Part shown: piece by piece, positions 44,117 through 55,403 of the stretch
Layout: every line of letters starts with the position of its first letter
How positions within the stretch are numbered: the stretch's first letter is position 1
Origin: an uncultured PS1 clade bacterium
GTDB taxonomy: Bacteria; Pseudomonadota; Alphaproteobacteria; MED-G09
Assembly: GCA_902537725.1 (NCBI GenBank)
Contig: CACBCD010000002.1
Location: 3,920-67,919, forward strand
Reading direction: 5' to 3'
DNA length: 64,000 nucleotides
Translations under genes and position numbers: made by a program
The notes under the pieces: model-generated
Seen by the model: only the letters and a program-made list of their open reading frames with translations
Databases searched by the model: none
Told to the model about the DNA's origin: nothing

Positions 44117-44836
44117 GTGAATAAGATATTCAAAAATCCCATTATTCTTGCTTTAGATGTAAATTCACTCACAAAAGCACTTTCAATTATTTCAGATTTG
44201 AAGGATCATATTGGCGGAGTAAAGCTTGGTATGGAATTTTTTAATTCTTTTGGACCTGATGGAGTTAGAGAGGTTTCAAAGCTTAATATTCCAATTTTCT
44301 TAGATTTGAAACTTCATGATATTCCTGTGACGGTTTATAAAACGGTAAAAACACTTATGGATCTGGATATTGCCATAATTAATGTTCATTCATCTGGTGG
44401 AAAAGATATGCTGGAAGCTGCTGCAAAGGCAAGAAATGAATCTGATAATAAATCAGTCAAACTAATTGCTGTGACAGTTTTAACAAGCTTAGATGATAAG
44501 GATATAAAAGAAATTGGTTACAAAGAAAAAAGTGAAGATCTTGTTCTTAGGCTTGCATCTCTAGCCAAAGAGACTGGACTGGACGGGATTGTTTGTTCTG
44601 CAAAAGAAATTTCATTGATAAAAAGAAAGCTTGGAGAAGATTTCATACTAGTTGTTCCAGGAATTAGACTTGATGAAGATAATAAAAACGATCAAAAAAG
44701 AACAATGAGTCCGAAAAATGCTATTGATGAAGGAGCCGATTTATTGGTAATAGGCAGACCAATAACTGAGTCAAATGATCCAAAAAATACTATTAATAAA
44801 ATTCTTAGAAATATAAAAAATGACACTAAAGATTAA
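44117..44836 (+). CDS. pyrF: Orotidine 5'-phosphate decarboxylase
   Basis: LALD, FLDLKLHDIP and LLVIGRPI motifs. GTG start after AGGAG. Confidence 0.92.
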   Translation: MNKIFKNPIILALDVNSLTKALSIISDLKDHIGGVKLGMEFFNSFGPDGVREVSKLNIPIFLDLKLHDIPVTVYKTVKTLMDLDIAIINVHSSGGKDMLEAAAKARNESDNKSVKLIAVTVLTSLDDKDIKEIGYKEKSEDLVLRLASLAKETGLDGIVCSAKEISLIKRKLGEDFILVVPGIRLDEDNKNDQKRTMSPKNAIDEGADLLVIGRPITESNDPKNTINKILRNIKNDTKD

Positions 44837-45479
44837 AATTTGTGGTTTATCATCTCTAGAGCAAATAGAGATGGTTAGAGCCTCTGGAGCTGAAATTTGT
44901 GGTTTCATCTTTGCTAATCCCAGCCCTAGAATGATTGAACCAGAATATGCTGTTAGAAACTCATTTTCTAGCGCAGCAAGCGATATTGATAAAGTAGCTG
45001 TTTTTGTAAATGCTGATGATAATTATATTGAGCGTTGTATTTCTTCTGTGGATGCAAATCTTATTCAACTGCATGGAGATGAGTCAGTTGAAAGATGTTT
45101 TGAGATAAAAAGTACTTTTGGTTTACCTGTTATCAAATCTTTTGGAGTATCAAGTGTACTAGATCTAGCCAAAGCCATAAAGTATTCTGATGTAGTAGAT
45201 TATTTCCTCTTTGATGCAAAACCTGATAATGATCTATATGCACAAAGAGGTGGTCTTAATAAAACATTTGATTGGTCGATTTTAAAGAATTGGAAAGGTG
45301 GAAACTATTATTTATCAGGTGGATTAAATGAAAATAATATAAATGATGCAGTTAATTCTTCTAATGCTTCTGTAATAGATGTTTCCTCAGGTGTTGAAAG
45401 TGAGCCAGGCTTAAAAGATAGGAAAAAATTAGAGAATTTTGTTAAATTAACCAGACTAGCTTATAAAAAGAAATTATGA
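44820..45479 (+). CDS. trpF: N-(5'-phosphoribosyl)anthranilate isomerase
   Basis: KICGL N-terminus, LQLHGDE, SGGL...IDVSSGVE. Directly upstream of trpB-trpA. Confidence 0.9.
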   Translation: MTLKIKICGLSSLEQIEMVRASGAEICGFIFANPSPRMIEPEYAVRNSFSSAASDIDKVAVFVNADDNYIERCISSVDANLIQLHGDESVERCFEIKSTFGLPVIKSFGVSSVLDLAKAIKYSDVVDYFLFDAKPDNDLYAQRGGLNKTFDWSILKNWKGGNYYLSGGLNENNINDAVNSSNASVIDVSSGVESEPGLKDRKKLENFVKLTRLAYKKKL

Positions 45480-46681
45480 CTAAAAATACTTATAAAGATA
45501 AACCAGATGTTTCAGGAAATTTTGGTGACTTTGGAGGTCGCTATGTAGCAGAAACACTTATGCCTTTGATTTTGGATTTGGAGAAGGCTTATGACAGTGC
45601 AAAAAGTGATCCTTTATTTATCGAGGAGAGGCAGAGCTTTGCCAAGGATTATGTTGGAAGAGAGAGCCCTTTATATTTTGCAGAAAGACTTACTGATTAT
45701 GCCGGAGGTGCAAAAATTTACTTTAAGCGTGATGAGTTAAATCATACAGGAAGTCATAAAATAAATAATTGCCTAGGCCAAATACTTCTAGCAAAAAGAA
45801 TGGGTAAAACTAGAATTATTGCAGAGACTGGTGCCGGTCAACATGGGGTGGCAGTAGCAACAGTTTGTGCTCGTTTTGGACTACCTTGTGTTATTTATAT
45901 GGGTAAAACTGATATTGAGAGACAAAAGCCAAATGTTTTCAAAATAAAGTTGTTGGGAGGTGAAGTTATTCCAGTATCTTCAGGTAATGGAACTTTAAAA
46001 GATGCTATGAATGAAGCATTAAGAGATTGGGTTTCTAATGTTGATGATACTTTTTATATAATTGGCACAGCTGCTGGTCCTCATCCCTACCCTCAATTAG
46101 TTCGAGATTTTCAATCAGTAATTGGAGAAGAAGCTAAAAAACAAATTAATATTAAAGAGGGAAGAAATCCTGATTTCTTAGTTGCATGTGTAGGCGGCGG
46201 TTCAAATGCCTTAGGTTTATTTTATCCATTTCTTGATGATGATGTTAAAATGTATGGTGTAGAAGCTGCAGGAAGAGGTTTAGAGACAGAGGAACACGCT
46301 GCATCTTTATCGAGAGGTAAGCCAGGTGTTCTCCACGGTAATAAAACCTATTTGCTTCAAAATAATGATGGTCAAATTACAGAAGGCCATTCAATCTCTG
46401 CTGGACTTGATTATCCAGGTATTGGACCTGAGCATTCATGGTTAAAGGATATAAATAGGGTTGATTATGTATCTGCAACTGATGATGAGGCTTTAGATGC
46501 CTTTCAGATTTGTTCAAAGTTAGAAGGGATTATACCTGCTCTAGAACCCTCACATGCTTTGTCATTTACCCTAAAATTGGCAAAAAAACATCCTAAAGAT
46601 AAAATAATAATCATGAATATGTGTGGTAGAGGCGATAAAGATGTATTTGCTATCGCGGATTTTTTAGGAATAGAAATATAA
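45476..46681 (+). CDS. trpB: Tryptophan synthase beta chain
   Basis: PLP-Lys motif HTGSHKINN, plus GAGQHGVA and GGGSNA. Confidence 0.97.
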   Translation: MTKNTYKDKPDVSGNFGDFGGRYVAETLMPLILDLEKAYDSAKSDPLFIEERQSFAKDYVGRESPLYFAERLTDYAGGAKIYFKRDELNHTGSHKINNCLGQILLAKRMGKTRIIAETGAGQHGVAVATVCARFGLPCVIYMGKTDIERQKPNVFKIKLLGGEVIPVSSGNGTLKDAMNEALRDWVSNVDDTFYIIGTAAGPHPYPQLVRDFQSVIGEEAKKQINIKEGRNPDFLVACVGGGSNALGLFYPFLDDDVKMYGVEAAGRGLETEEHAASLSRGKPGVLHGNKTYLLQNNDGQITEGHSISAGLDYPGIGPEHSWLKDINRVDYVSATDDEALDAFQICSKLEGIIPALEPSHALSFTLKLAKKHPKDKIIIMNMCGRGDKDVFAIADFLGIEI

Positions 46682-47496
46682 TGGCATCGCGTATATCAAA
46701 AGTTTTTAAAGATCTTAGTTTAAATAACCGTTCTGCATTTATACCCTATATTACAGCTGGCGATCCTGATATAGAGCTTTCTCAATTGATACTTGAATCA
46801 CTTCCCTTAGGAGGGGCGGATATAATTGAAGTTGGTATGCCTTTCTCTGATCCAATGGCAGACGGACCCTCAATTCAAGAGTCTTCTTTACGATCTTTAA
46901 ATAACGGTCATGACATGAATAAGACACTCAAGATGATAGAGGATTTTCGGATTAAGGATTATGAAACTCCAATTGTTTTAATGGGTTATTTTAATCCAAT
47001 TCTTCAGTTTGGTATAAAATCTTTTATAAATAGATGTGATAAAATTGGTATTGATGGTTTAATTGTTGTCGATCTTCCTATAGAGCATAGTGATGAAATA
47101 TGTATTCCGGCTCAAGAGTCAGGAATAGATTTTATAAACTTTATCACTCCAACTACTGATAAGGACAGATTATTGAAAATTTTGAAGGTAAGCTCAGGTT
47201 TTCTTTATTTTGTATCAATAGCTGGTATTACTGGAACAAAAGCACCAAATAATAAAATCATCAAAGAAATGATAAAAGAAGTTAAAAAAAGTACTGACCT
47301 ACCAGTTGGTGTAGGCTTCGGCATTAAAAATTCAGATCAGGTTAAAGAAATTTCTAATTTTTCTGATGCTATTGTTGTTGGATCCGCAATAGTAAATGAA
47401 ATCAATTCATTAAAAATTAAAAATTTAGATAATGATATGATAGTAAAAAATATGATAGATTTTTTATTAGCGCTATCACATCCTTTGAAAAGTTAG
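46681..47496 (+). CDS. trpA: Tryptophan synthase alpha chain
   Basis: IEVGMPFSDPMADGPSIQ, and GFGI near the C-terminus. Start overlaps the trpB stop. Confidence 0.95.
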   Translation: MASRISKVFKDLSLNNRSAFIPYITAGDPDIELSQLILESLPLGGADIIEVGMPFSDPMADGPSIQESSLRSLNNGHDMNKTLKMIEDFRIKDYETPIVLMGYFNPILQFGIKSFINRCDKIGIDGLIVVDLPIEHSDEICIPAQESGIDFINFITPTTDKDRLLKILKVSSGFLYFVSIAGITGTKAPNNKIIKEMIKEVKKSTDLPVGVGFGIKNSDQVKEISNFSDAIVVGSAIVNEINSLKIKNLDNDMIVKNMIDFLLALSHPLKS

Positions 47497-47506
47497 GGAG
47501 TTTTTA

Positions 47507-48361
47507 TTGAATTGGTTTAAAAACATTGTTCCGCCAGGAATTAAAAAAATTTTTAAAAAAAGAGAGGTTCCCGACAATCTTTGGTTGAAATGTCCAGCCT
47601 GTGACTCAATGATTTTTCATACTGATGCTGAAGAAAGTCTTTTCGTATGTCCAGAATGTGACTTTCACCTAAAAGTATCAGCGGAAACAAGGTTTTCTCA
47701 ATTATTTGACGAGGGTTCAATTTCATATATTGACTGTCCTAATGTCCCAGCAGATCCATTGAAATTTAGAGATCAAAAAAAATATATTGATCGTATTAAA
47801 GATGCTAGGTCAAAAACAGGAAAAAAAGACTCAGTTTTAATTGGATCAGGCGCAATTAATTCAACGAATGTTGTTATGGCTGTACATGATTTTTCTTTTA
47901 TGGGTGGCTCTTTAGGAATGGCTGCGGGTGAAAGTATTATTTTAGCAATAGAAACAGCTCTTGATAAAAAATATCCATTTATTTTGTGTGCCTCATCTGG
48001 TGGCGCGAGAATGCAAGAAGGAATTTTATCATTGATGCAAATGCCTAGGACGACGGTAATGCTTCAATCTCTAAGAGAAGAGAAGTTGCCTTATATTGTA
48101 ATATTGACAAACCCCACTACAGGAGGAGTTACAGCATCCTATGCAATGTTAGGAGATATTCATATCGCAGAGCCAAAGGCTTTAATTGGATTTGCTGGTC
48201 CAAGAGTTATTGGTAATACAATTAATGAAAGTTTACCAGATGGTTTTCAGAAATCTGAGTATCTTTTAGATCACGGAATGGTTGATATGGTTGTCCATAG
48301 AAAGGATTTAAAATCAACTATTTCTAAAATAATTGATATCTTACTGAATGAAAAAGATTAG
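47507..48361 (+). CDS. accD: Acetyl-CoA carboxylase carboxyltransferase subunit beta
   Basis: N-terminal zinc ribbon CPACDSM...CPECDFH, and carboxyltransferase domain (FSFMGGSLG, SGGARMQEG). TTG start after GGGAG. Confidence 0.95.
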   Translation: MNWFKNIVPPGIKKIFKKREVPDNLWLKCPACDSMIFHTDAEESLFVCPECDFHLKVSAETRFSQLFDEGSISYIDCPNVPADPLKFRDQKKYIDRIKDARSKTGKKDSVLIGSGAINSTNVVMAVHDFSFMGGSLGMAAGESIILAIETALDKKYPFILCASSGGARMQEGILSLMQMPRTTVMLQSLREEKLPYIVILTNPTTGGVTASYAMLGDIHIAEPKALIGFAGPRVIGNTINESLPDGFQKSEYLLDHGMVDMVVHRKDLKSTISKIIDILLNEKD

Positions 48362-48379
48362 TTTTATATTTTATTAAGA

Positions 48380-49654
48380 ATGATTATTGACGATTATTTT
48401 TATGAAAAATTTTTGAAAAATCCTGAAAAAGGTACACAGAGAATTTTTAATTTTCTATCAAAAATTGGTCATCCGCAAAAAAAATTAAACAATATTATTC
48501 ATGTTACAGGAACCAATGGTAAAGGTTCAACTATTGAATTTATAAGGTCATGTTTGAGCGCTAATAAACTAACTGCAAATATTTTTACATCACCGCATTT
48601 ACTGAGTGTAAATGAAAGATTCATTATTAAAAATAAAATAATTGGTGATAATTCATTATCATCGGTTATAGAAAAATGTAATGAGTTTTATTCAAATCAA
48701 GAACTTTCTTTTTTTGAGTTTTTTACTGTATGTGCTTTTGAATTATTCTCTAAAAATATTTCTGATTTTAATATTCTTGAGGTTGGGATTGGAGGGTTAC
48801 ATGACCCAACAAATGTTGTTGCTAAGAAAGATCTCAGTATTATAACAACAATTTCCTATGATCATGAGGAGCTCCTTGGAAATGATTTAGAAATGATTGC
48901 TTATGAGAAGTTGGGTATTATTCCTGAAGGGGGTTTAGCAATTTTTGGACCGCAAGATAATTCTATAAAGGATCTTATTAATAAATACCTAATTAAGAAA
49001 AATGCTAAAGGTTTCTTTTATGAAAAGGATTGGTTTATCGAAAGAGATAATAATTCGATAATTTATAGAGATGAAGGAGGAAAACTTCAATTTGAGTTAT
49101 TAGGATTAAATGGCGGATTTCAGATTTTTAATGCTGGTCTCTGCATTGCATCTTTAAGATTATTAAAAAGATATAATAAAATAGAGATAAACGATAAGAC
49201 AATTATTAGAGGTTTGAGAAGTGCTAAATTGAATGGTAGGCTATCAAAATTAACTGGAAATACAAGCAGTTGGATAATGAATGACTCTGAGATTTTAATT
49301 GATGGATGTCATAATCCTTCTGCTGCAAAAGTTATCAGAAATGAAATGATTAAAGCTAACATTAATAATAAAAAGAACTTATTAATTATTTTGGGACTTA
49401 AAAAAAATAAAAAATTAGACGATTTTCTTATGAATTTTAGAGATATTGCAAAAGAAATTACAATTGTTCCAATAAAAGGAAGTGACTCTGTATCTCTCTT
49501 AGATCTTAAAAATAGAAATTTATTTGAAAACACTATTCTTAGAGAAGCCTCGTCACTCAAAGGGGCGATTAATAGTTACTCCAAATATCAAAATTCTAGG
49601 ATATTAATCTGTGGTTCTTTACATTTAGTATCTGAAGCTTTGATTATCGACTAG
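48380..49654 (+). CDS. folC: Bifunctional folylpolyglutamate synthase / dihydrofolate synthase
   Basis: Mur-ligase P-loop GTNGKGS, and DGCHNPSAA in the C-terminal domain. Confidence 0.9.
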   Translation: MIIDDYFYEKFLKNPEKGTQRIFNFLSKIGHPQKKLNNIIHVTGTNGKGSTIEFIRSCLSANKLTANIFTSPHLLSVNERFIIKNKIIGDNSLSSVIEKCNEFYSNQELSFFEFFTVCAFELFSKNISDFNILEVGIGGLHDPTNVVAKKDLSIITTISYDHEELLGNDLEMIAYEKLGIIPEGGLAIFGPQDNSIKDLINKYLIKKNAKGFFYEKDWFIERDNNSIIYRDEGGKLQFELLGLNGGFQIFNAGLCIASLRLLKRYNKIEINDKTIIRGLRSAKLNGRLSKLTGNTSSWIMNDSEILIDGCHNPSAAKVIRNEMIKANINNKKNLLIILGLKKNKKLDDFLMNFRDIAKEITIVPIKGSDSVSLLDLKNRNLFENTILREASSLKGAINSYSKYQNSRILICGSLHLVSEALIID

Positions 49655-49971
49655 CTATTACTTTTTATCCATTCTTTTAGTTCTTGTCTTGGTAAAGCGC
49701 CAACTTTGGTATCTTTAAGTTCACCATTTGAAAATAGCATAAGCGTAGGAATACTTCTTACACCATAATTGGTTGGCGTTCTCGGGTTTTCATCAATATT
49801 TACTTTTGCAATGGTAATTTTGAAATCAGCATCGGATGCTATTTCTTCTAATATTGGACTTACCTGTTTACATGGCCCACACCACTCTGCCCAAAAATCG
49901 ACAAGGCATAATCCCTCGCCTTCAATAATAGTACTTTGGAATTCCTCATCTGTAACATTAATTAAACTCAT
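49651..49971 (-). CDS. trxA: Thioredoxin
   Basis: WAEWCGPCK active site. The listed ORF begins at a TTG (49983), but GGAG 6 nt before ATG 49971 indicates the 106-aa form. Confidence 0.95.
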   Translation of the reverse strand: MSLINVTDEEFQSTIIEGEGLCLVDFWAEWCGPCKQVSPILEEIASDADFKITIAKVNIDENPRTPTNYGVRSIPTLMLFSNGELKDTKVGALPRQELKEWIKSNS

Positions 49972-50009
49972 TATTATCTCCAAGAATCAATAATATTAAG
50001 CTAAGAAAG

Positions 50010-50029
50010 TACCTGCATTGATGCAAGTA
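50010..50029 (-). terminator. Weak terminator-like hairpin after the ExoI-like gene
   Basis: Minus-strand RNA UACUUGCAUCAAUGCAGGUA forms about an 8-bp stem (one G-U), followed by CUUUCUU. It starts 4 nt after the stop codon. Confidence 0.35.
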
Positions 50030-50033
50030 TTAT

Positions 50034-51461
50034 TTATTTTAATTGTTCATTTAAATCTAAAAGATATTCTTTATATCCTTTTAGGCAGTCCAAATCTAAT
50101 TCAGAATTTTCTTCTAAATTTTCTTCCATTTCACATTTTCTAATATTTTCAAGTGCCGTAGGAATTGTCATCCATGTTTTTCCAGAATCAAATCCTTTTG
50201 TTGGTCTTTGATCAGGTCCAATACTCATCCATCTCTCTTTGATAAATTCTTCGATTACTTTATAAGCATTATCATCAAGAACCTCAGGTGCATTATCAAA
50301 AATTATTCTTTTAGCCATTCTTTTCGATCTTGCATCTTTAAATTTTATTTGAACTTTTTCATCCCAAGTTTCTGCCCTATGAAAAGCATCCCATGATGCT
50401 AAATCCTGTCTCGCCGGAAAACCAAATCTTGCCTTTTCAAGATATCTTTCATCTTTATTAGGCCAAATCTGAAGATCTGATAAATATTCATTTATTAAAT
50501 TTTTAATTTCTAATAAATCTGAATCGCTAGGTAAATTATATTTTATTGGCAAATCAAACCAGTTAGCATCAAGAATAATTCCTCCAGTTTTTATATATGA
50601 AGAATGTAACCACTCAGGGAGTGTTTTAGAGTCTCCAGAACCAACTCTTATTATTTGTTTCTTATGTTTTTGCTGTAAGCCACCAACTTTTTCATATTTT
50701 TCAAGATCTATTGAGAAATAATTATCTCTATCACGCTCGTATACTGGTAACATAGGAAACATTTGTTTTTTATCTTGGTAATATCTTATCCAGACTGCCC
50801 TTTTACTAAAAATATCCTCTCGTGCAAATTTACTAAACATTCTTGTTCTTAGATCCCAAAACTCCGGTGCCTCAGATTTAATTTTCTGTAATAATCTTGA
50901 TGTTGCAATAATATCACTTTCAGCAACATGCCAGGTTAATTCGTCATCATCTGTAAAATTCTCTTTATAGACATTTTCAAGCTTATGACTGTTGTAAGTA
51001 CCCTTTTTACCTCTCCTTTCTCCCTCTATTTTCGGTATTTTTATAACCTTAGGATAAAGTATCGATGCAATTGAGATAAAAGGCATAGCATCACAAACAA
51101 TTTTATCCTTATAAAGATATGGACTTCTTCCTGTATTGAAGAGGCTTTCCTCAAGAACGCCTTTATCATAACTATAATTATACGCCCAAATTATATCATA
51201 GCTAAGCAAATCATCGAGAATAGACGGCATTATTTCATAAAGTGACGGATGATCTTCTTTTGTTTTTTTCCAATTTGTATTTGTTTTGTAAAGAGCTATT
51301 GGGCCAGGAAGCTCATAATGTGGTAATCTCATATTATAGGTATTACAAATACTTTCATTATCATTATCAATAATAGCTATTTGGTGAGGATATCTAAATC
51401 CGTCATTTAATCCATTTGCTTCCCAATCAAAAACGCATTCTCTTTCATCCATGATGATCAC
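50034..51461 (-). CDS. Exodeoxyribonuclease I-like DEDDh 3'-5' exonuclease
   Basis: 475 aa. Motifs are Exo I FDWEANG, Exo II AYNYSYDKGVLEE and Exo III HVAESDIIAT, in the same order and spacing as E. coli SbcB (HDYETFG / GYNNVRFDDEV / HDAMADVYAT). C-terminal FKDARSKRMAKRIIFDNAPEVL resembles ExoI FVDKRIEKLLFNYRARNFPGTL. Confidence 0.6.
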   Translation of the reverse strand: MIIMDERECVFDWEANGLNDGFRYPHQIAIIDNDNESICNTYNMRLPHYELPGPIALYKTNTNWKKTKEDHPSLYEIMPSILDDLLSYDIIWAYNYSYDKGVLEESLFNTGRSPYLYKDKIVCDAMPFISIASILYPKVIKIPKIEGERRGKKGTYNSHKLENVYKENFTDDDELTWHVAESDIIATSRLLQKIKSEAPEFWDLRTRMFSKFAREDIFSKRAVWIRYYQDKKQMFPMLPVYERDRDNYFSIDLEKYEKVGGLQQKHKKQIIRVGSGDSKTLPEWLHSSYIKTGGIILDANWFDLPIKYNLPSDSDLLEIKNLINEYLSDLQIWPNKDERYLEKARFGFPARQDLASWDAFHRAETWDEKVQIKFKDARSKRMAKRIIFDNAPEVLDDNAYKVIEEFIKERWMSIGPDQRPTKGFDSGKTWMTIPTALENIRKCEMEENLEENSELDLDCLKGYKEYLLDLNEQLK

Positions 51462-51924
51462 TCTTTATCAAACTTATTCTTTTTTTCCATCCTTTAATAT
51501 TTGTTAATTCAATAGATTTTTTTTCATTAATATTTTTAAATCTAATTTCCAATGTATCATTTTCATAAAAGTTTTTAATTTTTTCCGGCCATTCAATTAA
51601 AACTGGACCTCGCTCTAAAATATTATCAATTCCTAATGCCTCTAGTTCATTAAAGCTTTTTATACGATAGAGATCGGCATGACCTAAAATAAATTGTTTA
51701 CAATTATATTCTTGAACCAAAGTGAATGTTGGGGAAGGAATTTCTATCCCTTTATACTTTTCTTCTAATAAATTAGAAATTATTGATCGAGCTAAAAAGG
51801 TTTTTCCAGATCCCATTTCTCCTTCTAAGAGAATAATATCGCCAATCTTTATTAATTCTGATAAGGCTATTCCAAGGCTCTGGGTTGTACTTTCATTATC
51901 TAAATTTACAATTAATTCAGGCAT
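51445..51924 (-). CDS. tsaE: tRNA threonylcarbamoyladenosine biosynthesis ATPase TsaE
   Basis: Walker A GEMGSGKTFLARSI, SPTFTL, HADLYR motifs. Confidence 0.9.
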   Translation of the reverse strand: MPELIVNLDNESTTQSLGIALSELIKIGDIILLEGEMGSGKTFLARSIISNLLEEKYKGIEIPSPTFTLVQEYNCKQFILGHADLYRIKSFNELEALGIDNILERGPVLIEWPEKIKNFYENDTLEIRFKNINEKKSIELTNIKGWKKRISLIKSDHHG

Positions 51925-51997
51925 CTTTTTACTAACATTTATCCAGAAAACATATTAAAACAATTGTTATATTATAAACTTTTTTGATGATTCTAAA

Positions 51998-53221
51998 ATG
52001 AGTGAAAAAAAAATAGTTATTATTGGTGGTGGACAAGCCTCTTGCCAGGTTGCAACCTCATTAAGGCAAAAAAAATTTACAGGCGATATTAGTATCTTAT
52101 CTTCAGAATCATATCTTCCCTATCAAAGGCCTCCATTGTCTAAAAAATATTTATCAGGAGAATTTGCTGCTGAAAGATTATATTTAAAGCCTGAGAAGTT
52201 CTATGAAGAACAAAATATTAATATTTTTTTGGACTCTTATGTTGAAGAAATAGATAGAAAAAATTCTCAATTAGTTCTCTTAAAAGATAAAAATCATATC
52301 AGTTTTGATTATGATAATCTTGTTATTGCAACCGGTACTGAACCAAGGCTTATGCCCACCGATAATTCTGACATGGAAGGTGTTCATTATCTTAGATCTA
52401 TTTCGGATGTTGAAAAGATCAAATCCTCACTAAAAGACTCAAAAAATATGGTAATTATTGGCGGCGGATATATAGGGCTCGAAGTTGCGGCTGTTTCAAA
52501 GACATTAGGCTTAAATGTTACAGTGATTGAAATGGCTTCACGAATTCTTGAGAGAGTTACTAGTCCAATTATTTCTTCATTTTATAATTCATTTCATGAG
52601 TCTAAAGGTGTGAATATATTAACCAATACTTCAGTAAAGGGCATTAATGGAGATAAAAAAGTTTCTTCTGTTGAAACTTCATTAGGAACTATTGATGCTG
52701 ATATTGTTATTGTTGGTATAGGTGTTCTACCTTGTCAGTCTTTAGCAGAAGATTCTGGCATAGAAGTAGATAATGGAATTATTGTTGATGAGTTCTGTAA
52801 AACTTCAGATGACAATATTTTTTCTGCTGGAGATTGTACACTCCATCCGAGTAAATTTTACAATAAAAATATTCGGTTAGAGTCTGTTCATAATGCTATA
52901 GAGCAAGGAAAAACTGTTGCTTCATCTATTATTGGTGAAAAAATTGCATATAATCAAATACCTTGGTTTTGGTCAGATCAATATGAGTTAAAACTTCAAA
53001 TTGCTGGGCTTAATAATGATTATGATCATCATATAATAAGAGGAAATTTAGATGAAAATAGTTTTTCAGTATTTTATTTTAAGTCTGGTTATATGATTGC
53101 ATCTGATTGCATAAACTCTGCTCAAGAACACATGATGTCTAGAAAATTTATTTCAGAAAAAACAAAAATTAATTTTGATAGCTTGCAAAATAAAGAAATT
53201 CCAATAAAAGAGGTTATGTAA
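51998..53221 (+). CDS. FAD-dependent NAD(P)H:ferredoxin reductase (putidaredoxin/rhodocoxin reductase-like)
   Basis: Two dinucleotide folds (IIGGGQAS, IIGGGYIGLEVAA), SAGDC, WFWSDQY. Confidence 0.88.
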   Translation: MSEKKIVIIGGGQASCQVATSLRQKKFTGDISILSSESYLPYQRPPLSKKYLSGEFAAERLYLKPEKFYEEQNINIFLDSYVEEIDRKNSQLVLLKDKNHISFDYDNLVIATGTEPRLMPTDNSDMEGVHYLRSISDVEKIKSSLKDSKNMVIIGGGYIGLEVAAVSKTLGLNVTVIEMASRILERVTSPIISSFYNSFHESKGVNILTNTSVKGINGDKKVSSVETSLGTIDADIVIVGIGVLPCQSLAEDSGIEVDNGIIVDEFCKTSDDNIFSAGDCTLHPSKFYNKNIRLESVHNAIEQGKTVASSIIGEKIAYNQIPWFWSDQYELKLQIAGLNNDYDHHIIRGNLDENSFSVFYFKSGYMIASDCINSAQEHMMSRKFISEKTKINFDSLQNKEIPIKEVM

Positions 53222-53240
53222 AAAAAATTGGAGACTAATT

Positions 53241-53561
53241 TTGGTTAAATTAACTTATGTAGAAAGCAATGGAACTGAACATACTGTAGATGTTGATGAA
53301 GGCTTATCAATCATGGAGGGTGCTGTTTCAAACTCTATTCCTGGTATTGATGCTGATTGTGGAGGTGGTTGTGCCTGTGCAACATGTATGATTTTCGTTG
53401 ATATTGAATGGAAAGAAAAAATTAATCCCATGAGTGAAGAAGAGGAGTCCATGATTGATTTTCATGAATATAAGAACGAAAATTCAAGACTTTCTTGTCA
53501 AATCCCTGTCACAGCTGAAATGGATGGTATGATTTTAAAGTTACCTGAGTCTCAACAGTAA
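53241..53561 (+). CDS. 2Fe-2S ferredoxin, adrenodoxin/putidaredoxin type
   Basis: Cluster ligands in DADCGGGCACATCM...SRLSCQI. TTG start 7 nt after GGAG. Confidence 0.9.
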   Translation: MVKLTYVESNGTEHTVDVDEGLSIMEGAVSNSIPGIDADCGGGCACATCMIFVDIEWKEKINPMSEEEESMIDFHEYKNENSRLSCQIPVTAEMDGMILKLPESQQ

Positions 53562-53569
53562 CTTTTATT

Positions 53570-54907
<1,338 letters not shown>

Positions 54908-54964
54908 CTATAATTTTACACGAAAATTTAAAAATATGTTTCAATCATTATTTTAAAGGGTTTT

Positions 54965-55366
54965 TTAATTACTTTTAGACAAAATTTCACTGGCGATAGA
55001 AATATATTTCTGAGCAGCATTTTTTCCTTCTTGGATAACTTCTAAAATGTTCTTATCTCTAAGTTGACAAATTTTTATTAGCATTGGCAAATTTACGCCA
55101 GACATAATCTCTATAATTCCTGGCTCTAAAAAGTTTAAAGCTAAATTTGAAGGTGTACCACCAAATACATCTGTTAATATTATTACGCCTTTACCTTGAT
55201 TTAGCTCTTTAAGTTTTTTTTCAATATTATTTTTTTGTATATCGATATCATCTTCAGGTGTAATACTAAGAATTTCAATATCATTCTGGTTGCCAATCAT
55301 ATGTTCCATTGCTGATTTAAGCTCTAGAGCTAGATTTCCATGAGTTATAATCATTAAACCAATCAT
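54965..55366 (-). CDS. PTS EIIA component, mannose/fructose family (PTS-Ntr branch EIIA-Man)
   Basis: MIGLMIITHGNLALEL N-terminus with phosphorylatable His, LTDVFGGTPSN. Position downstream of chvG as in other alphaproteobacteria. Confidence 0.85.
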   Translation of the reverse strand: MIGLMIITHGNLALELKSAMEHMIGNQNDIEILSITPEDDIDIQKNNIEKKLKELNQGKGVIILTDVFGGTPSNLALNFLEPGIIEIMSGVNLPMLIKICQLRDKNILEVIQEGKNAAQKYISIASEILSKSN

Positions 55367-55403
55367 TATTAAAAGCCTTTTAACTTATTTTTAATCACTA
55401 AAA

